A stretch of 22,605 bases of DNA from Atractiella rhizophila (Eukaryota). A program made the position numbers and the translations under genes. Position 1 is the stretch's first letter. The number at the start of each line of letters is the position of its first letter. The notes beneath the pieces are model-generated. The model worked only from the letters and a program-made list of their open reading frames with translations. It made no database searches and had not been told where the DNA came from. Positions 22,390 through 22,605 of this stretch are shown here, one piece after another. The stretch covers positions 107,086-129,690 of the forward strand of contig MU271234.1 in assembly GCA_021432655.1 (NCBI GenBank), written 5' to 3'.

Positions 22390-22409
22390 TGACTCAAAGT
22401 GTTGACTCA
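22390..22409. promoter_or_regulatory. Two TGACTCA motifs (Gcn4/CpcA-type bZIP response elements) about 100-117 bp upstream of the ILS1 ATG
   Basis: TGACTCA at 22390-22396 and 22403-22409. Aminoacyl-tRNA synthetase genes, including yeast ILS1, are known targets of general amino-acid control. Confidence 0.65.
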
Positions 22410-22605
22410 ACAGGACAAATCTTGCCAACCAGTAATATCGAAACCGTGGAAAGCTGTTGGACCCGAACCTGAAGGGTACGATAGGAGATAGGATAGACAG
22501 AACAGAGAGGGAAAGGCTTAAAAGAGAACTCCGAATGAGACTCTCGATCCCACAAATCCCGGTTTACGCGGCAAAATCGCCATTTGTTCACATTCCGCGA
22601 TCTCT

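Overview
Eukaryotic, intron-rich fungal DNA; the short GT/GC-AG introns and the GPI3 and IleRS sequences look basidiomycete-like. From left to right it contains: (1) the 3' end of a manganese-type lipoxygenase (+); (2) a frameshifted copy of an atypical protein-kinase-like gene (-); (3) a 12-exon GPI3/PIG-A gene (+) with two GC-AG introns and an 8-bp duplication that frameshifts the canonically spliced mRNA; (4) a ~4.7-kb block bracketed by a direct duplication of the GPI3 3' end, holding a decayed minus-strand gene and a 1.7-kb DNA-transposon-like insertion; (5) an apparently intact second kinase-like paralogue (-, 641 aa); (6) the complete cytosolic isoleucyl-tRNA synthetase gene (-). The IleRS gene has an 828-bp tandem duplication of exons 2-3 that keeps the frame and creates a chimeric intron, a long structured first intron, and two TGACTCA sites upstream. 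Gene models and sequence comparisons were made by eye; no database searches were run, and some duplications could be assembly artefacts.
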